From: Candidatus Heimdallarchaeota archaeon
GTDB taxonomy: Archaea > Asgardarchaeota > Heimdallarchaeia > Heimdallarchaeales > Heimdallarchaeaceae
DNA length: 33,493 nt
Assembly: GCA_021399395.1 (NCBI GenBank)
Contig: JAAFKJ010000023.1
Coordinates: forward strand, 1 to 33,493
Direction of reading: 5' to 3'
The translations under genes and the position numbers were made by a program. This document shows positions 29,115 to 33,493 of the stretch, one piece after another (positions within the stretch are counted from its first letter, which is position 1; the number at the start of each line of letters is the position of its first letter). The notes under the pieces are model-generated. The model was given only the letters and a program-made list of their open reading frames with translations. It made no database searches and was not told the DNA's origin.

Positions 29115-30356
29115 TTGAAGAAAATTTATAGAAGAATATTTGAAGTTTTTTCTCTTCTAGCATTTATTGGTTTAGGAGCTCTACTACCCCTATATTTAGT
29201 TTCAGAAAAACCAACTTCCATTGAGATAAACTCTGATAATGATTTCAAAAAGTACGACCTTCCTGGAGTTGGAACTGCAAATGATCCTTACATACTTGAA
29301 GATTTAACAATTTCTGATCAATCATTTAGAGGAATTTCTATCTCTAATACAAACAAATTCTTTGTTATCCGTAACTGTTACATATTTAGGAATCTGCTAA
29401 ATGGAATTAGATTGGATTCAATTGCTCAAGGAACTGGTTTAATTTATAATAACACAATCGTCGAACATCCTCTAGCTGGAATACTAATTTCAAACAGTCA
29501 TAACATAACGGTTCAATCAAATACAATTATCGAAAGTAAATATATGATATGGCTAAATAATTCTAACCAATGTAATATGATTGATAACAGCTTATATGCA
29601 TATAGACCTCCTCTGGATCAATATTCAATCAAATATAGAGGAATCTACATTTTGAATTCAGAGCAGACTATAATTGAAAATAACTATATCAAAAATGTAG
29701 CCAACGGTATATATGCAATTAATGGGGAATATACTACCATTAACAATAATTTTATCCATATAATAACTCAAACTGGAGTTTTTCTTCTAGATTGTTCATA
29801 CACAGAGATAGAAATGACTACCTGCTTAGATAGTACCTATAGCGGTTTTTACATAAGAGACTCAGATTTTGTTAAATTAAAGAATAGTACAGCTCAAGGT
29901 AGTGAGTTTGGTTTAAGGACATATAATATCGTTAACAATAGTATAGAGTTTAATAGATTCGAGGAAAACGACGAAGGAATGTTAATGTATGGTGAGAGTC
30001 AAAACAATAGCATTTCAAACAATGAATTTACCAACAATGAAGCAATAGGTTTGCGAATAGATTCAGGTAGTGATAATTTAATATATCATAATTCCTTCTT
30101 CTTCAACAACCAATCAGCAGAACTACAAGCAGAAGACAATGGATCAAATAACACATGGTTCGACGAGATCTCATTAACTGGAAATTATTGGCATGGATGG
30201 AATAGTTCTCTAACATATCAGATAATTGGAAGTGCAAATAGTTCTGATCCATATCCGTTAACCAATCCTATTGTTCTTTCTTTATTCTTCGGGATGAATG
30301 AATTCATGTCCAAAAAAATTTATAATCTGGAAGTTCTGATGAAGCTTGTGAATTAG
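29115..30356 (+). CDS. NosD/CASH right-handed beta-helix protein with N-terminal anchor
   Basis: GTANDPYILE, repeated GI.L..S.N..I.NN, LIYHNSF, GNYW, DPYPL. Confidence 0.88.
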   Translation: MKKIYRRIFEVFSLLAFIGLGALLPLYLVSEKPTSIEINSDNDFKKYDLPGVGTANDPYILEDLTISDQSFRGISISNTNKFFVIRNCYIFRNLLNGIRLDSIAQGTGLIYNNTIVEHPLAGILISNSHNITVQSNTIIESKYMIWLNNSNQCNMIDNSLYAYRPPLDQYSIKYRGIYILNSEQTIIENNYIKNVANGIYAINGEYTTINNNFIHIITQTGVFLLDCSYTEIEMTTCLDSTYSGFYIRDSDFVKLKNSTAQGSEFGLRTYNIVNNSIEFNRFEENDEGMLMYGESQNNSISNNEFTNNEAIGLRIDSGSDNLIYHNSFFFNNQSAELQAEDNGSNNTWFDEISLTGNYWHGWNSSLTYQIIGSANSSDPYPLTNPIVLSLFFGMNEFMSKKIYNLEVLMKLVN

Positions 30357-30358
30357 AA

Positions 30359-31261
30359 ATGACAGAAGGAAAAACTCATCGTATTTCTATGAAAGATGTT
30401 GTTTTCAAAGCAGATCCTAAGAACCCTGCAGTATTAACAATAGACTCAGGAGATACTGTAATTTTTGAGTGCAGAGATGCTTTCAATCAGACTATTCAAA
30501 AACCAGAAGACCTTCCAATAGATTTTGACATGGAGCAAATCAATCCAGCGACAGGTCCTGTCTATGTGAATGGTGCTGAACCCGGTGATACTTTAGAGGT
30601 ACATATCTTAGAAGTAGATGTGGCTGATCAAGGATCTTGCTGTATTATACCAGATTTTGGCTTTCTAGCACCAGAATATCCAGAGCCATGGACACGAATA
30701 ATACCCATTAAAGACGGTTATGCTGAATTTAGTGATAAGGTGAAAATTCCTATCGATCCATTCCCAGGCACAATAATTGTAGCTCCTACAGAAGTTACAC
30801 ATAATCATGGAACACTTATTCCAAAGGAATATGGTGGGAACATGGATTCAAGAGCTTGTACAGCTGGAACCACTGTTTATTTACCCGTATTTGTTGAAGG
30901 AGCTCTCTTTGGTGTTGGCGATGTTCATGCAGCTCAAGGCGACGGAGAAGTGTGTGGAACAGCTGTAGAAATAGATGCTGATGTAACAATAAAATTAGTC
31001 GTTAACAAACAGAAGAAGATTGAACGACCTCAATATGAAACAGATGAATATTTCATGACTACTGCTTGGGGAGAAACAACTGATGAAGCCTGCAAGATAG
31101 CACTTAGAGACATGGTTAACTGGATTGTTGAAGAAAAAGGGTTAACTAGGGAGGAAGCATATGCTCTTTGTAGTTGTGTTGTAGATATGCGAATTAGTCA
31201 GCTTGTTGATATCACTCCAGGGGTGAGAGCAGTTTTACCTAAGTCTGTATTCATTGAATAG
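30359..31261 (+). CDS. Acetamidase/formamidase family amidase
   Basis: NPATGPVYVNGAEPGDTL, GGNMD, GDVHAAQGDGEVCGTAVE, AYALCS...SQLVD. Confidence 0.95.
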   Translation: MTEGKTHRISMKDVVFKADPKNPAVLTIDSGDTVIFECRDAFNQTIQKPEDLPIDFDMEQINPATGPVYVNGAEPGDTLEVHILEVDVADQGSCCIIPDFGFLAPEYPEPWTRIIPIKDGYAEFSDKVKIPIDPFPGTIIVAPTEVTHNHGTLIPKEYGGNMDSRACTAGTTVYLPVFVEGALFGVGDVHAAQGDGEVCGTAVEIDADVTIKLVVNKQKKIERPQYETDEYFMTTAWGETTDEACKIALRDMVNWIVEEKGLTREEAYALCSCVVDMRISQLVDITPGVRAVLPKSVFIE

Positions 31262-31276
31262 ATAACAAAACATATA

Positions 31277-31300
31277 CAGGATTTGCAATAAGAAATCCTG
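31277..31300. promoter_or_regulatory. 8-bp inverted repeat (operator or hairpin)
   Basis: CAGGATTT-gcaataag-AAATCCTG between the amidase and GNAT genes. Confidence 0.35.
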
Positions 31301-31360
31301 AAACTCTTCTTCTCTAGAAAGGTTTTTAATTTCTATTTACTAGAATTAAGGAGTGATAAT

Positions 31361-32188
31361 ATGTCACAAAAAGATAAAGAAATACTTGATGTAATTGAGT
31401 CCTCAATGTTTATGTATAATCCAGTTGAAGGAGTTATTGACGATTATCCTCATGATTCAATCAAAGGTTCTGTTTGTCCAATGGTAGATCACGAGGAATT
31501 TAATCTTGTAGGCGGGGCAAGATTATCAGACGATGAAGTAGATAAAGCAATATCTGAACTGCTGGAATATTATCAAACAAAAGGTCTTACAACTGTTGGT
31601 TGGATACTATCTCCTCAATCTCAACCTTCTAATTTAGAGGAGAAGCTGATAGAATTTGATTTTACTAAGGAAATATCTGTTTTAGGTATGGTAAGATCTG
31701 TTAGTAAGCCATTAGAGATAGAGACTACGGATGAATTTGACATTAAAATATACAGAAATGAAGAAGCCGTTGAACTCATAAAATCTCAAGAAATGAAAGA
31801 TTTGTATGAGAATGCTTACGGTGCTCCCAAGGGGTCAGCGCAGATATTCGATCTTATAGGCGATAGATTCAAAGGTATTGATTATACAGTGTATGTCGCA
31901 TATGAAAGAGAAGAAAACAAACCAGTGGCTTTCAGTGCAATAGCACCAATACCTAACACTAACTCTGCAGTTCTGAATGGAGCAGCTACTCTTCCTGAAT
32001 ACAGAAGAAGAGGGCTTTATTCTACATTTTTGAAACTAAGATACGAAAACGCAAAAGAGAAAGGTCTTGATCATCTTATCATTCAAGCCAAGGAAGCAAC
32101 GTCTGCTCCAATAGCTGCAAAGAATGGTTTTGAAAAAGTATGTGAAATGCCAATATATGTTTGGAGAGCAGAGAAAACTGAGCAATAA
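31361..32188 (+). CDS. GNAT acetyltransferase
   Basis: LNGAATLPEYRRRGLYS and SAPIAAKNGFEKV; GGAGTGA before the ATG. Confidence 0.9.
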   Translation: MSQKDKEILDVIESSMFMYNPVEGVIDDYPHDSIKGSVCPMVDHEEFNLVGGARLSDDEVDKAISELLEYYQTKGLTTVGWILSPQSQPSNLEEKLIEFDFTKEISVLGMVRSVSKPLEIETTDEFDIKIYRNEEAVELIKSQEMKDLYENAYGAPKGSAQIFDLIGDRFKGIDYTVYVAYEREENKPVAFSAIAPIPNTNSAVLNGAATLPEYRRRGLYSTFLKLRYENAKEKGLDHLIIQAKEATSAPIAAKNGFEKVCEMPIYVWRAEKTEQ

Positions 32189-32191
32189 TAC

Positions 32192-32207
32192 TTTTTTTTC
32201 TTTTTTT
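32192..32207 (+). terminator. Archaeal oligo-T terminator
   Basis: T8-C-T7 immediately after the GNAT stop codon. Confidence 0.55.
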
Positions 32208-32246
32208 ATTAACTATAAATCCAAGAAGTTGAAGTAAAGGTATACT

Positions 32247-33275
32247 TTACTCAACAATTAATTTTAGACCCAATAGGTGCATTGTTTCAATAATTGTAAA
32301 ATCATAGTCTAAGCATACAGATTTTTGCCCTTCATCGGAAGTTCTAAGTTCTACAATTGTGTTTTGCTTAAAAGTAAAATTGTTTTTAACATAGATAAGA
32401 CCATAAGTCAACAGAGGTTTAGTCAATAATTCTCTATGATTAGAATCAAGCATTAATTCGACTCTATGAGGTGATCCTTCTTTACGTGCAAGGTTTACTT
32501 GAAGTGTTCCAATAAGGAAATCTTCATGATGGATTGTCCATTGACTGATTTTCATTTTAATGAAAAGCTTGACTATTGGACGTATTAATTTTATTAATAG
32601 TGATTTATGATATTTCTTCTTATTAATAGGCTGAAATAATAGCGTTTCTTCAGGAGTAGATCTAATATCCAGTTCATACCGGCTTTGATTGGTTTTTCTA
32701 TTTCTTTTTAGTTCTCTAAAATCATATTCTTTAGGTAAGATTATTGGAACGATTGAAGATAATTGCTCGTGTTCTAATTTGTATCTCAAAACACTGTCAT
32801 AATGAACAAATTCTAGACTTCTATACAAGTTGTACGCTGGCTTATTTATTTCCTTAACTTCTAGAACACATAGTTTAGCTCCTAATTCCTTTGCATGATC
32901 AACTGCTAGTGTAACGAGTTTTCTAGCTAATCCTTTTCTCCGATAATCAGGATGAGTAGCGACCATTGATATTTCCCAATAATAGATGCTATAACTGAGA
33001 TTAACAGAAGCAATGATTCTTCCTTCAGAATTTTCTATTACAAAACCATCTAAAGTGTGTTTGAAGTTTTTATTGAATAACCCCATAATCTTGAAGAATG
33101 GTAGAAATGATTTATACTCATCAAAGACATTTTTCATTTCCAAACCTTTAGATTCTAGTTCTTCCTCAAAAACCAATCCAAGTAGCTCTGAAACATTCTC
33201 GTGGTCTTCTTCGAAGTTCCATGTTCGCAAAATTAGTTCTTCACCGTTGATTTCTAGCTTTTCTTCATAAGACAT
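32247..33275 (-). CDS. Tandem-domain GNAT acetyltransferase
   Basis: ISMVATHPDYRRKGLARKL and VKEINKPAYNLYRSLEF; degenerate second GNAT half; AGGTG before the ATG. Confidence 0.9.
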   Translation of the reverse strand: MSYEEKLEINGEELILRTWNFEEDHENVSELLGLVFEEELESKGLEMKNVFDEYKSFLPFFKIMGLFNKNFKHTLDGFVIENSEGRIIASVNLSYSIYYWEISMVATHPDYRRKGLARKLVTLAVDHAKELGAKLCVLEVKEINKPAYNLYRSLEFVHYDSVLRYKLEHEQLSSIVPIILPKEYDFRELKRNRKTNQSRYELDIRSTPEETLLFQPINKKKYHKSLLIKLIRPIVKLFIKMKISQWTIHHEDFLIGTLQVNLARKEGSPHRVELMLDSNHRELLTKPLLTYGLIYVKNNFTFKQNTIVELRTSDEGQKSVCLDYDFTIIETMHLLGLKLIVE

Positions 33276-33493
33276 ATTTACACCTTGAAATACTATAACT
33301 AAATTATCTATGAATTGACTCTATTAAGTTGTTTTACTACCAATTAGTTTAACTCTAATACAGAATAGTAAATAGTTAGAATCTTTCAGCTTACAGCTAG
33401 AAGTAACAGTTTTATGATGCGGTTTTGTCATCTTGTCATATAGACAAGAACGGTTAAATATCTTTCTCAGAGTTCATCATATAGAGTTATGCA

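Noticed and set aside
29115-30356. Nitrous oxide reductase maturation role for the NosD-like gene
   Set aside because: No nos genes nearby; this fold is common in archaeal surface proteins.
2996-33270. Other short track ORFs (2996, 6833, 7278, 8096, 8364, 9974, 11108, 14320, 14448, 17882, 19163, 27029, 27262, 27558, 28859, 33013)
   Set aside because: Antisense or off-frame overlaps of well-supported genes, with no recognisable motifs.
1-33493. Circular contig or terminal redundancy
   Set aside because: The end-to-end match is only 9 nt (TATAGACAA) and diverges immediately.

Overview
AT-rich archaeal chromosomal segment. Gene content (TPR proteins with C-terminal longin-like domains, short archaeal TATA-type promoters, membrane-anchored surface proteins) suggests an Asgard archaeon, probably Heimdallarchaeia; this is inference. 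The window opens with a TnpB gene (1272 to <1, minus strand) that the ORF track misses because it has no stop codon in the window. It has a rearranged RuvC-II glutamate, no zinc finger, no neighbouring tnpA on its 5' side, and omegaRNA-like hairpins at its 3' end. The rest encodes a GH38 mannosidase, four related TPR proteins with different C-terminal modules, an MMPL transporter, a PAQR protein, a probably dead M28 peptidase, amino-acid metabolism enzymes, a PlsA/PlsR-like reductase/dehydratase pair without its activase, three GNATs, a HEAT protein, a beta-helix protein, a formamidase-family amidase, a kelch pseudogene with two frameshifts, and a sensor kinase split at an A11 tract. No CRISPR array, tRNA or rRNA was seen. 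All calls rest on motif recognition by eye; no searches were run.
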